64,000 bases of DNA from Dehalococcoidia bacterium (GCA_965262725.1 OZ253555.1:1184001-1248000); one strand, 5' to 3'; shown: positions 43,957-56,621, counted from the first letter of the stretch. The notes: generated by a model not told the origin, from the letters alone. Program-made: numbers and translations.

Positions 43957-44736
43957 CTACCCCGTGAGGAAGGCGATGACCTCGCGCGCGAAGTGCTCGG
44001 GCTCCCGCGCGTAGAGCTGGCCTCCCACGTCCTTCACGAGCACGAGGCGGCCGTCCGGGACGAGGTCGACCGCGCGCTGATCCTCCTCGGCGAGCAGGTC
44101 GTGCTCCGGGGTGAGGAAGAGCGCCGGGCAGCCGAGCTTCGGCAAATCGGGAACAGGGTCGTAGCGGAAGGCCGCGTTGTAGGCCCAGTGGTATCGCTCG
44201 TGGTTGCCGACCATGTTCACGGCGGCGAGGGTCAGGAGCTCCAGCGAGGGCTCACCCCACCAGATCCGGCGGAAGCGATCCCAGGCGTACTGGAAATGGG
44301 AGCCGTCCGCGGCCAGTTCAAGCGGCGGCGCCCATGATTCCAGACGCGCGCGCCTCTTCTCCGGCGTGTAGGCGGGTATTCCCTGGAAGATTGCGTGGGT
44401 GACGCGGTCCGGGGCCGCCAGAGCGATGCGCAGGGCGATCGACGCGCCGGTGTGCGAACCGAAGATGGCGAACTGCTCCAGGCCGAGCGCGTCGATCGCC
44501 TCTAGGGTCGCCTCGGCGTAGACGGGGATCTCCTGCGCCTCGGGCGGCGGGTCCGACAGGCCGTAGCCGGGCGTGTCGAACGCGTAGGCGCGCAGGCGTT
44601 CGCCGAGCGGCGGCAGCGCCCACTGCAGGATGTCGGACGACTGCGGCGATTCATGCAGCAGCACGAGCGGCGGTCCGCTCTCGCCGTAGGCGCGGTAGTG
44701 CGCCTGCCCCCAACGGAAGTCCACGTAGCCGCGCAT
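43957..44736 (-). CDS. Alpha/beta hydrolase-fold protein (GSHTG elbow)
   Basis: GQAHYR, LLHESP, DTPGYGLSD, GSHTG. Confidence 0.88.
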   Translation of the reverse strand: MRGYVDFRWGQAHYRAYGESGPPLVLLHESPQSSDILQWALPPLGERLRAYAFDTPGYGLSDPPPEAQEIPVYAEATLEAIDALGLEQFAIFGSHTGASIALRIALAAPDRVTHAIFQGIPAYTPEKRRARLESWAPPLELAADGSHFQYAWDRFRRIWWGEPSLELLTLAAVNMVGNHERYHWAYNAAFRYDPVPDLPKLGCPALFLTPEHDLLAEEDQRAVDLVPDGRLVLVKDVGGQLYAREPEHFAREVIAFLTG

Positions 44737-44953
44737 GCCGCCTCCCTCGCCAGCCGCTCGTCGGTCACCGGCCCCGGCGGAGGGCCGAGGGCCTCGGTAG
44801 CACCGTAGCGCCCACGCACACGCGCTGTCATCGACCGCCGCCCTCGGCCCCTGGGAGGGGCTGCGCCGTCCCTTGACAGGCGGAGCCGCCGGCGGTGACG
44901 ATGCCCGCGAGACCGCCGACGGGGCGAAGCGGTTCTCGCGGGGAGCGTGCGCG

Positions 44954-46105
44954 ATGGGCCTGCGCGGCACGGCGGCGATTATCGGCGTCGGCTCCGTTAA
45001 GCCGGAGCGGCGCATGCCGGGGCGCTCGGGTATCGGCGTTGCCGCCGAGGCCGGGATCAAGGCTGTGCGCGACGCCGGCCTCCGACGCGAGGACATCGAC
45101 GGGTTGATCACCCAGATGCCCGGTGAGACGCCGACGGCGCTTGCCGAGTACCTCGGGCTTCGCCCCACCTGGTCGCACGGCGTCGCGATGGAGGGGGCGA
45201 CCGGCACGACCTCCGTCACGCTTGCCGCGATGGCTCTCGATGCGGGGCTCGCGAAGAACGTCCTCGTCGTGATCGGAGGGCTCGCACCCGGCGGTGACAT
45301 GCCGACCGAGGGCGGAAGCCGCCTCCGCGAGCAGTTCGACGCGCCCTTCGGTCCAGCATCGGGCGCGACGGGCTGGTACGCGATGATCGCGAACCGCTAC
45401 GCCCATGAGTACGGCCTCACCGACGAGCAGCGCGCCGCCGTGGCCGTCCAGCAGCGCGAGAACGCCCACGGGAACCCCAACGCCATCTTCAAGGGCATTC
45501 CTCTGACCATCGAGGACGTCGTCACCTCGCGAATGATCTCCACGCCGCTGCGGCTGCTTGAGTGCGTGATGCCCACGGGCGGCGCCGAGGCGGTGCTGAT
45601 GACCTCGGCCGATCGTGCCAAGTCCGGCCCGCAGGAGCCGGTCTATCTGCTCGGCTCCGGGATGGCCGTCGACCACTACACGCTGGGCGGGGCATCCACC
45701 CTGACGACCTCGCCGGTCGCGATCTCGGCGCGGCGTGCCTTCGAGATGGCGGGCCTCGGGCCGCGGGACATGGACATGGTCTCGCTCTACGACTGCTACA
45801 CCATCACCGTTCTCATCTCGCTTGAGGACGCCGGCTTCGTGCCGAAGGGTCAGGCGGGCGCCTTCGTCGCGAGCACCGACATCACCTACAAGGGCGAGTT
45901 GCCGGTCAACACGCACGGCGGACAGCTCTCCTATGGGCAGCCCATGGTCGCCGGCGGGATGTCGCACGTGACGGAGTCGGTACTGCAGATGCAGGGGCGA
46001 GCGGGGGACCGGCAGGTCGAGAAGCTCGACTACTGCTTCGTCAACGGGTGAGGGGGCTTCCTGAGCGAGATGTGCTCGCTGGTCCTCGGGAAGGACCCCT
46101 CGTAG
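44954..46105 (+). CDS. Thiolase-like (SCP2/Ltp2-type) protein with in-frame TGA at codon 366; candidate selenoprotein, 383 aa
   Basis: DIDGL, YDCYT, VNTHGGQLS. After TGA (46049-46051) the frame continues GGFLSEMCSLVLGKDPS-TAG, the family's final beta strand. Confidence 0.85.
46050..46101 (+). promoter_or_regulatory. Candidate bacterial SECIS hairpin
   Basis: AGCGAG-ATGTG-CTCGCT apical stem-loop (loop 18 nt after the TGA); lower pairs CTTCC/GGAAG and GAGGGG/CCCCTC. Confidence 0.5.
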
Positions 46106-46169
46106 CAGCGATGAGAATGCAATCGAGACCACCGGGCGGCCGTGTGCAGCGGGACGGGAGCTGATCCGG

Positions 46170-46589
46170 GTGAGCGAGGAATACGGTTTTCCCCTCCCGG
46201 TGCCGGGCGTCATTACGCAGCCCTTCTGGGATGGTCTGAAGGAGCATCGCCTCCTCGTGCAGCGCTGCCGCGCCGGGGGCCATCTCGTTCACTACCCGCG
46301 TGAATTCTGCCCGGTCTGCTACTCGGCGGATCTCGACTGGGAGCCCATGTCGGGCCGCGGGCGCGTCCACAGCTTCACGGTTGTGCACCGCGCCGCAAAC
46401 CCGGTCTTCCAGCAGGAGAAGGCACCGTACATCTTCGCGCTGATCCGGCTCGACGAGGGTCCGATCCTGACCTCGAATGTCGAGGGGATCCCGCACGAGG
46501 AGATACGGATCGAGATGCCGGTTGAGGTGTATTTCGACGACGTCACGGACGAGGTGACGCTTCCGAAGTTCCGCCCCGCCGCGCGCTAG
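46170..46589 (+). CDS. DUF35 Zn-ribbon/OB-fold protein (thiolase partner)
   Basis: PFWDG, QRC..HYPREFCPVC, SGRGRVHSFT, LDEGP, LPKFRP. Confidence 0.93.
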   Translation: MSEEYGFPLPVPGVITQPFWDGLKEHRLLVQRCRAGGHLVHYPREFCPVCYSADLDWEPMSGRGRVHSFTVVHRAANPVFQQEKAPYIFALIRLDEGPILTSNVEGIPHEEIRIEMPVEVYFDDVTDEVTLPKFRPAAR

Positions 46590-46686
46590 TGCACCGAGGC
46601 CGGGATGTACCCGGTCGCGCATATGTCCGGAAGCAAGAGTCTCGCCGCATATGGGATGCGCGCGAACGCGAGAAGGGAGTCACGGG

Positions 46687-47058
46687 ATGAAAGTCGCCTA
46701 CGTTTTCAGTACATCGGGGCATACGGCGAGCTATAAGCTCGGTCAGATGATCCTGCCGCAGTTGGAGGCGGACGGACACGGCGTCGAGGTCGTCGGGATG
46801 ATGTTCTTCGACGACAACACGTTCATTCTCCGGCGCGGCGACCCGATCGGCGAGCGCCTGGCGAAGCAGGCCGCCGAGAAGAACATCCTGCTGATGATGT
46901 GCGATGGCTGCGCGCTCGAGCGCGGACTCGCGACCGGCGGCACCTGGCCCGAGAAGAGCGTCGCGGACGGCACGGTCGACGGAATCCACGTCGGCTGCTT
47001 CCCCGATCTCTACCAGGCGCTCGCCGGCAATCCGCCGGATCACGTGATCTCGCTCTAG
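46687..47058 (+). CDS. SaoD/DsrE-family protein
   Basis: MKVAYVF, MILPQLE, GMMFFDDN, CDGCA, GCFPDLY (family recognised from recall). Confidence 0.8.
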   Translation: MKVAYVFSTSGHTASYKLGQMILPQLEADGHGVEVVGMMFFDDNTFILRRGDPIGERLAKQAAEKNILLMMCDGCALERGLATGGTWPEKSVADGTVDGIHVGCFPDLYQALAGNPPDHVISL

Positions 47059-47098
47059 CGGGACGTCCCGCCGAAGGCGGCGGGCTGAGGGGGAGCCG

Positions 47099-47872
47099 AT
47101 GCCAGGGGTCAGGGAGGAGCTGATCGGCGGGGAGATCGCGCTCGTCACCCTCGACTTTCCGCCGGTGAATGCGCTCACGCCGGAGGCCTTCCTCGACATC
47201 ACGGCCACGTTCGACTCCTATCTCGCGCGCCCCGAGGTCCGGGTCTGCGTGCTGACCGCCGAAGGGGAGCGCGCCTTCTGCGCGGGCGTCGACGTGCGCA
47301 GTCGCCTCCCCGAAGGGGAGACGCAGGCGAGTCCCGGGGCGCACTACCGCCGGGCGCGCGAGACCTTCAACGCCATCTACGAGAGCGCCGTGCCTGTGAT
47401 CGGGGCGATCAACGGCCCGGCTCTGGGAGCGGGTCTCGCCATCGCCGCATCGTGCGACTACCTCGTGGCATCGACCCGCGCGAGCTTCGGCCTCCCCGAG
47501 ATCGATGTCGGGCTGCTCGGCGGTGCCCGGCATCTGCAACGCCTCTTCCCCCAGGGCGTGACCCGGCGCATGCACTACACCGCCGCGCGGGCGACGGCCG
47601 AGGAGGCGTACCGGCACGGCGCGGTGCACGCCGTGGTGCCGCCGGATGAACTCCTCGAGGCCGCGCTGGCCGAGGCGCGCGTGGTCGCCTCCAAGATGCC
47701 GGGTGGTATCCGCCTCGCCAAGGAGACGCTCAACCAGATCGAGTGGATGGAGCTGAAGGCGGGCTACCTCTACGAGCAGACGCGCACCGAGATCCTCCAG
47801 CGCACGGAGGACGCCGCGGAGGCGAAGCGGGCCTTCCTCGAGCGCCGTCCGCCCCGCTTCACCGGGAGCTGA
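47099..47872 (+). CDS. Crotonase family protein, EchA20-like
   Basis: DFPPVNA, FCAGVD, YESAVPVI, FGLPE, GARHLQRL. Confidence 0.9.
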   Translation: MPGVREELIGGEIALVTLDFPPVNALTPEAFLDITATFDSYLARPEVRVCVLTAEGERAFCAGVDVRSRLPEGETQASPGAHYRRARETFNAIYESAVPVIGAINGPALGAGLAIAASCDYLVASTRASFGLPEIDVGLLGGARHLQRLFPQGVTRRMHYTAARATAEEAYRHGAVHAVVPPDELLEAALAEARVVASKMPGGIRLAKETLNQIEWMELKAGYLYEQTRTEILQRTEDAAEAKRAFLERRPPRFTGS

Positions 47873-47908
47873 GCGGCCGCGCTCGGGCGCGCCTGTCGGC
47901 GCGCCGCG

Positions 47909-48856
47909 TCACGCGGTGGGGGACGGCCCCGGGCGATCGGCCGCAGGCGCCGCCCGATCGCGACGTGCTCGAGCGGCCGCCGCTTGCTCAGCGGCGTGGT
48001 AGGAGCTGCGCACCAGCGGGCCGGCCTCGACATGCGCGAATCCGAGTGAGAGCGCGTAGTCCCGCAGCGCCTCGAACTCATCCGGATGCCAGTAGCGCGC
48101 GACCGGGAGGTGCTTCGCCGTCGGCCGCAGGTACTGCCCGACCGTGAGCAGGTCGCAGCCCTGCTCGCGCAGGTCCTCGAAGGTGCGGTGGAGCTGCTCC
48201 ACGCGCTCGCCCAGACCGACCATCAGCCCCGACTTCGTCAGCATAGTCGGGTCGATCTTGTTGACGCGACGCAGCAATTCCAGGGAGCGGTCGTAGCGAC
48301 CCTTAGGCCGAACGCGAGGGTAGAGCTCGGCCACGGTCTCGGTATTGTGGTTGAGGACGGCGGGCCGGGCCTCCACGACAGTCGCGAGCGCCTCGCGGTC
48401 CCCCTCGAAGTCCGGGATCAGCACTTCGACCTCGCAGGTGGGGCGGCGGTGACGGACCGCACGGATGCAGGCGGCGAAGATCGAGGCGCCGCCGTCGGCC
48501 ACATCGTCGCGGTTCACCGCCGTGATCACCGCGTAGTCGAGGCCCATCGTCTCGACCGACTGCGAGAGGCGCAGTGGTTCGAGCTGGTCGATGGCGCCGG
48601 GCCGCCCGGACGTCACGGCGCAGAAGCCACACGCGCGCGTGCAGGTGTCCCCGAGGATCATGAAGGTCGCGGTACCAGAGTTGAAGCACTCGCCGATGTT
48701 GGGGCAGCGTGCCTCCTCGCACACGGTGTGGAGAGAGCGATCGCGGAGCAGGACGCGAATCTCCTCGAAGCGCTCCCCGGAGGGGAAGCGCGCGCGGAAC
48801 CACGGCGGCTTGCGCTCGCGGACGCGTGATCGCCGGCTCGTCGGCGCGCTAGTCAC
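47909..48856 (-). CDS. lipA: Lipoyl synthase
   Basis: CEEARCPNIGEC, CTRACGFC, GPLVRSSY. Confidence 0.98.
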   Translation of the reverse strand: MTSAPTSRRSRVRERKPPWFRARFPSGERFEEIRVLLRDRSLHTVCEEARCPNIGECFNSGTATFMILGDTCTRACGFCAVTSGRPGAIDQLEPLRLSQSVETMGLDYAVITAVNRDDVADGGASIFAACIRAVRHRRPTCEVEVLIPDFEGDREALATVVEARPAVLNHNTETVAELYPRVRPKGRYDRSLELLRRVNKIDPTMLTKSGLMVGLGERVEQLHRTFEDLREQGCDLLTVGQYLRPTAKHLPVARYWHPDEFEALRDYALSLGFAHVEAGPLVRSSYHAAEQAAAARARRDRAAPAADRPGPSPTA

Positions 48857-49595
48857 GACCGACCCCTCCCGCGGGGAGCGGCACCGCGCCCTCCCCGGCC
48901 TCGGCCGGCACCAGCTCCGCGTCGAAGCGCCGCTCGAACGCCGTGCCGAGCGCCGCCTCCGCCTCGGGCATCGCCACTGAGCGCCCGAGCGCGCGCTCGA
49001 GCGATGTCACGCCCGCATCCCGTATGCCGCACGGGACGATTGCATCGAACCAGCCGAGGTCCGTGCTCACGTTGAGTGCGAGCCCGTGCGCGGAGATGCC
49101 CAGCCGGATGCGGACGCCGACGGCCGCGATCTTCTCCAGAATCCCGTCCGGTCGGCCGTGCGCCGTCCACACGCCGGGTCGGCCAGAAACGCGCTCGGCC
49201 GGCACGCCGAAGTCGGCGAGCGTGTCGATCACCGTCGCCTCGAGCATGCGTACATAATCCGCCGCTCGCAGTCCGCGCCGTCTCAGATCGAGGATGGGGT
49301 ATACGACGAGCTGGCCGGGGCCGTGGAAGGTGATGTCGCCGCCCCGGTCCACCTGCTCCAGCGCCGCTCCCCTCGCCACGAGCTCGGCGGCGGGCACCAG
49401 CAGGTGCTCGAGGCCGCGCCCGTCGCCGCGGCTTCCGCTGCGGGCGCCGATCGTGTAGACGGGGGCGTGCTGGAGCAGCGCGAGCCGCTCAGCCCCTCCG
49501 CCTGCGGCGAGCGAGGCGTGCGCGCCCTGCATCCACGCCCGGGCGTCGGCGTACGAGATGGTGCCGGGGCGGTCGAGAAGGACAGGGCTCGCCAC
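48849..49595 (-). CDS. lipB: Lipoyl(octanoyl) transferase
   Basis: QHAPVYTIG, DRGGDITFHGPGQLVVYP, KIAAVG, IVPCG. Confidence 0.96.
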   Translation of the reverse strand: MASPVLLDRPGTISYADARAWMQGAHASLAAGGGAERLALLQHAPVYTIGARSGSRGDGRGLEHLLVPAAELVARGAALEQVDRGGDITFHGPGQLVVYPILDLRRRGLRAADYVRMLEATVIDTLADFGVPAERVSGRPGVWTAHGRPDGILEKIAAVGVRIRLGISAHGLALNVSTDLGWFDAIVPCGIRDAGVTSLERALGRSVAMPEAEAALGTAFERRFDAELVPAEAGEGAVPLPAGGVGRD

Positions 49596-49736
49596 GCCGG
49601 TAGCGTACCTCACGAGCATGGCGGGTGGGGTAAAGTGTTCTCCCCTCGGCGGCGCGTGCCGCCTCGCGGCGGGGGATGATCTCCACGATGCGCGCCGCGG
49701 CGGGTGAGCCCGCTGCCGCGCGGAACGGGTGAGGCG

Positions 49737-52523
<2,787 letters not shown>

Positions 52524-52629
52524 CTCGCGCTCCCTGCTCCTGGAGCAAGGGAGATGCCCGCGAGCGCTCGATCGCGGAGAATCCGGCACGGCCGTGCCGC
52601 GCGCCCGGCCGGATCAGGTAAGGGGTGAG

Positions 52630-53976
52630 ATGGCCATCGTATTCGCGCTGCCCGAGCTCGGCGAGGGCATCGAGGAGGCGGACGTTCTCAGGGTGCTCGT
52701 CTCCCCCGGCGATACCGTCGAGGTCGAGCAGGGCGTCATCGAGGTCGAGACCGAGAAGGCGACCCTCGAGGTCCCCGCGCCTGCCGCCGGGCGCATCGGC
52801 GAGGTGCGCGTCTCGAGCGGCGAGACGATTCGCGTCGGACAGGTGATTGTGACGATCGAGGAGGCCGGGTCCGGTACCGCCGAGGCCGCTGCACCATGGG
52901 CGTCCGCACCGCAGCCCGAGCCCCCGCCTCTGGCTGAGCCGGAGCCGGTCGCAGTCGCGTCCGCGCCGGCTGCAGCTGCACCCCCGCCGGAGCTGGCGCC
53001 GACAGCGTCCCCGGCCGCCCCGGAGATGCCCCCGGCGACCCCCTCCGCCCCGCCGCCGGTGGCGGGCCAGCCCATCTTCGCCGCGCCTTCCGTCCGCACG
53101 TTCGCGCGCGAGATTGGCGTCGACATCCGCGAGGTCGCCGGGAGCGGGCCTGGCGGGCGCATCTCCCAGGAAGACGTCAAGCGGCATGCCAGGAGCCGAC
53201 CGCGTAGCGGCCTGGGCGGCGGGACGCCAGCGCCGGATGGCGGCGCCTCCGTCGATTTTGCACGGTGGGGCGAGGTGGAGCGGCTGCCGATGAGCCGCGT
53301 GCGCCGCACGACGGCGGATACGATCTCCCGCTCGTGGCGGAGCCCGCACGTCACCCTCTTCCAGAAGGCTGACGTCACCGAGCTGGAGGCGCTCCGCCGG
53401 AGTTATCGCGAGCGCGTCTCCCGGGCCGGTGGCGGCAATCTGACGATGGTGGCGATCCTGCTCGCGGTCTGCGCCTCGGCGCTGAAGCAGCACCCGCGCC
53501 TCAACGCGAGCGTCGACGCCGCGGCTCAGCAGATCGTCTACAAGAGGCACGTGCACATCGGCGTCGCCGTCGACACCGAGCGCGGACTGCTCGTGCCCGT
53601 GGTCCGCGACGCCGGCCAGAAGAACGTGACCCAGCTCTCCGCCGAGCTGGGTGACCTCGCGGTGAAGGCACGCGACGGGAAACTCGGCCTCGACGACATG
53701 CGCGGCGGGAGCTTCACCATCTCTAACCTCGGCGGACTCGGCACCGGCTTCTTCACGCCGATCCTCAACCCGCCCGAGGTCGGGATCCTCGGGGTGGGGC
53801 GCGCGGCGACGGAGGCCGTCTGGGATGAGAAGTCGGGCGCCTTTGCGCCCCGCCTGCTCCTGCCGCTCTCACTCTCCTTCGACCACCGCATCGTCGATGG
53901 AGCGGATGGCGCGCGTTTCCTCTCGTGGGTCGTCGAGGCCCTGGAGCAGCCCCTGCTCCTCGCGCTGGAGGGCTAG
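52630..53976 (+). CDS. aceF: Dihydrolipoamide acetyltransferase E2
   Basis: Lipoyl domain ETEKA, E3-binding domain, FDHRIVDG. Confidence 0.95.
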   Translation: MAIVFALPELGEGIEEADVLRVLVSPGDTVEVEQGVIEVETEKATLEVPAPAAGRIGEVRVSSGETIRVGQVIVTIEEAGSGTAEAAAPWASAPQPEPPPLAEPEPVAVASAPAAAAPPPELAPTASPAAPEMPPATPSAPPPVAGQPIFAAPSVRTFAREIGVDIREVAGSGPGGRISQEDVKRHARSRPRSGLGGGTPAPDGGASVDFARWGEVERLPMSRVRRTTADTISRSWRSPHVTLFQKADVTELEALRRSYRERVSRAGGGNLTMVAILLAVCASALKQHPRLNASVDAAAQQIVYKRHVHIGVAVDTERGLLVPVVRDAGQKNVTQLSAELGDLAVKARDGKLGLDDMRGGSFTISNLGGLGTGFFTPILNPPEVGILGVGRAATEAVWDEKSGAFAPRLLLPLSLSFDHRIVDGADGARFLSWVVEALEQPLLLALEG

Positions 53977-53980
53977 CGGG

Positions 53981-55459
53981 ATGACGGTAACCGCGTCGAC
54001 TAGGAGTGGCGGCGCCGCGGCGCCGCGTGTCGTCGTCATCGGCGCGGGGCCGGGCGGCTACCCGGCCGCGTTTCACGCCGCGCACCTCGGCATGGACGTG
54101 ACACTGGTCGACCCGGAACCCAACCCCGGCGGGGTCTGCCTCTACCGGGGCTGCATCCCGTCGAAGGCGCTCCTCCACGTTGCCGGGCTGCTGCGCGAGA
54201 CGGAGGCCGCCGCCGACTGGGGGCTGCGCTTCGAACGCCCGGACATCGACCTCGACGCCGTGAGGGAGTGGAAGGGCCGGGTCGTCGGGAAGATGACCGG
54301 GGGCCTTGGCGTCCTGACAAAGCAGCGCGGGGTCCGCTACGTGCAGGGCCGGGCGCGGCTCGCCGGACCCAACATGGCCGTCGTCGAGCTCCCGGAGGGC
54401 GGTGACCAGACCCTCAACTTCGACTACGCGGTGCTGGCCACGGGGTCGCGTCCGGCAGTCATCCCCTCGCTGCTGCCGGGTTCCTCGCTGGTCATGGACT
54501 CGACCGATGCCCTCGAGTTGATCGACGTTCCGCCGACGCTCCTGATCGTGGGAGGCGGCTACATCGGTCTCGAGCTCGGAAGCGTCTACGCGGCGCTGGG
54601 CTCACGTGTCACGGTCGTTGAGATGACGCCCGGACTCCTCCCCGGGGCGGACCGCGACCTCGTTCAGCCGCTCCAGCGGAAGCTGGAGGGCCAGTTCGAG
54701 GAGATCCTGCTCGAGACGCGTGTTGAGTCGATGCGCGAGCAGGACGGCGGCATCGAAGTCGCGCTCGCCGCCGCGAACGTCGAACGTCCCGTCAGGCGTT
54801 TCGATCGCGCCCTCGTCTCCGTCGGCCGCCGACCGAACTCGGAGAGGCTCGGGCTCGAGAGCACGCGCGTGCGCCTCACGGAGCGCGGCTTCGTCGACGT
54901 GGACCAACAGCGTCGGACGGCAGAGCCGACGATCTTCGCGGTCGGCGATCTGGCCGGCGAGCCGATGCTCGCGCACAAGGCGACGCACGAGGGCCGTCTC
55001 GCGGCCGAGGCGATCGCCGGCCGTCCGGTCGCGTTCGATCCGTCGGCGATCCCGGCGGTCGTCTTCACCGATCCCGAGATCGCGTGGACGGGGCTGACCG
55101 AGGCCGAGGCGCGCGAGCGCGGGATCGACGTGGACGTGCTGCGCTTTCCGTGGGCGGCCTCTGGCCGCGCGACGACGCTCGGACGCACCAACGAGGGCAT
55201 GACGAAGCTCCTCGTCGACGCCCGCTCGGAGCGAGTGCTCGGTGTAGGCATCGTGGGAGCCGACGCCGGCGAACTCGTCGCCGAGGCGACGCTCGCGATC
55301 GAGATGGGCGCTCGCGTCGACGACCTGCGCGGGACGATTCACGCGCACCCGACCCTCTCGGAGACGCTGATGGAGGCGGCTGACCTCTTCACCAACGCGA
55401 GCCCCCACTACGTCGATCGCAGACGCGAGCGAGCGCTCCGCGGGCGCCTTGGTGGGTAG
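53981..55459 (+). CDS. lpdA: Dihydrolipoamide dehydrogenase
   Basis: GGVCLYRGCIPSK, GGGYIGLE, HAHPTLSE. Confidence 0.97.
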   Translation: MTVTASTRSGGAAAPRVVVIGAGPGGYPAAFHAAHLGMDVTLVDPEPNPGGVCLYRGCIPSKALLHVAGLLRETEAAADWGLRFERPDIDLDAVREWKGRVVGKMTGGLGVLTKQRGVRYVQGRARLAGPNMAVVELPEGGDQTLNFDYAVLATGSRPAVIPSLLPGSSLVMDSTDALELIDVPPTLLIVGGGYIGLELGSVYAALGSRVTVVEMTPGLLPGADRDLVQPLQRKLEGQFEEILLETRVESMREQDGGIEVALAAANVERPVRRFDRALVSVGRRPNSERLGLESTRVRLTERGFVDVDQQRRTAEPTIFAVGDLAGEPMLAHKATHEGRLAAEAIAGRPVAFDPSAIPAVVFTDPEIAWTGLTEAEARERGIDVDVLRFPWAASGRATTLGRTNEGMTKLLVDARSERVLGVGIVGADAGELVAEATLAIEMGARVDDLRGTIHAHPTLSETLMEAADLFTNASPHYVDRRRERALRGRLGG

Positions 55460-55467
55460 GTGCCCGC

Positions 55468-56010
55468 CTAGGCGCCGGCCCGGCGCTCCCGCTCGTGCAC
55501 GGGTCGCTCGAGGCTGGCGCGCACGCAGACCTCGTCGATGAGCGCAGGCAGCCGCTCGATCCCGCTCTCGAGCGAGAGGTGCTCCCCCGTATGGGGGTGT
55601 AGCCGCCAGCGCACGTCGTCGTAGTCGGCGGCGCTCACCGACTCGATCTCCTCCCAGCGCAGCCGGCGCAGCTCGCGGCCGGCGTGCAGGGCGACGAGCA
55701 TCTCCCCAGTCAGTGCGACGGCCGTTGGCGTCCGGCGCCACGTGATCGCGACGACCGGCGCGGTCACGACCGTCATCGCGAGCATGAGGAGGCCGAAACC
55801 CGTCGCCTCGCCGATTCCGGCGAGCAGCCCCACGGCGAGCGAGGCGACAGCCGCGAGGAAGGGCAGGGCGAAGGAGGCGTTGTTCCACCAGTGCACGGGG
55901 TGCGGGTGCACGCCGACGACCCCGTCGAGGGCAGCGACCGCGCGCGCATCCGCCCCCCGGAGCCCGCGGGCCCCCTCCGTGGTGCCCCGTGGGCCGCCGG
56001 CTACGCCCAT
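55468..56010 (-). CDS. Membrane protein with probable bacterial PH-like domain
   Basis: Two hydrophobic segments followed by LRWEEIESV. Confidence 0.65.
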   Translation of the reverse strand: MGVAGGPRGTTEGARGLRGADARAVAALDGVVGVHPHPVHWWNNASFALPFLAAVASLAVGLLAGIGEATGFGLLMLAMTVVTAPVVAITWRRTPTAVALTGEMLVALHAGRELRRLRWEEIESVSAADYDDVRWRLHPHTGEHLSLESGIERLPALIDEVCVRASLERPVHERERRAGA

Positions 56011-56621
56011 GTCGAGGTGTCGACGACGTGGCGGTCGCGCTCCTCGATGCGCGCCGCGAAACTCTCCATCTCCACTCCGAGGCCGAGCGACATGCGGTTC
56101 ATGTAGTTGAAGAGCGCTGTCTCGTGGACGATGTCGACGATCTCCTCGTCGGTCCAGCCCGCATCGCGAAGCACGTCAATATGGCTCTCGCGTACGGCGT
56201 CCGGCCGCCGGGTCAGCAGGTCGGCGAACTCCAGCGCTGCCATCATCCTGGGCGGGAGATCCGCCCGCCGGAAGTTGGACTTCAGCTGCTGTGTCAGTTC
56301 GACGGCGCCCCCGGCGCCGCGCGCCCCCTCGGCGTGCCCGACCGCTCAGTAGCGGCAGCGGTTGGCCACCGAGACGACCGTGTCGATCATGTCGTGTTCC
56401 GCCTTGGAGAGGCCGGAGTCCTCGTTGCGGAAGCTGACCGTGTGAGCGAGCCGCCACAGCGCCTCCATCTGGCGCGGCCGGATCGACATCGCCACGAAGT
56501 TCTTGCGGATGCGCCTGCGGATCTCGGCGGGCTCCGACTCGCCCGTCATTTCCTGGTAGGCGCTCAGGATCTCGCCCTCCGCATCCTGCGGCCCGACCGT
56601 GCGGACCCACGCGATTCCCAT
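56001..56621 (-). CDS. AhpD/CMD-like peroxidase-related selenoprotein (C89-R-Y-U92), 206 aa
   Basis: VVSVANRCRY-TGA-AVGH; the frame continues into the CMD C-terminus (LRDAGWTDEEI, FNYMNR); RBS GGGAGG. Confidence 0.9.

Noticed and set aside
46687-47058. Complete SAO selenoprotein system
   Set aside because: Only a SaoD/DsrE-like gene is present; no other sao genes recognised.
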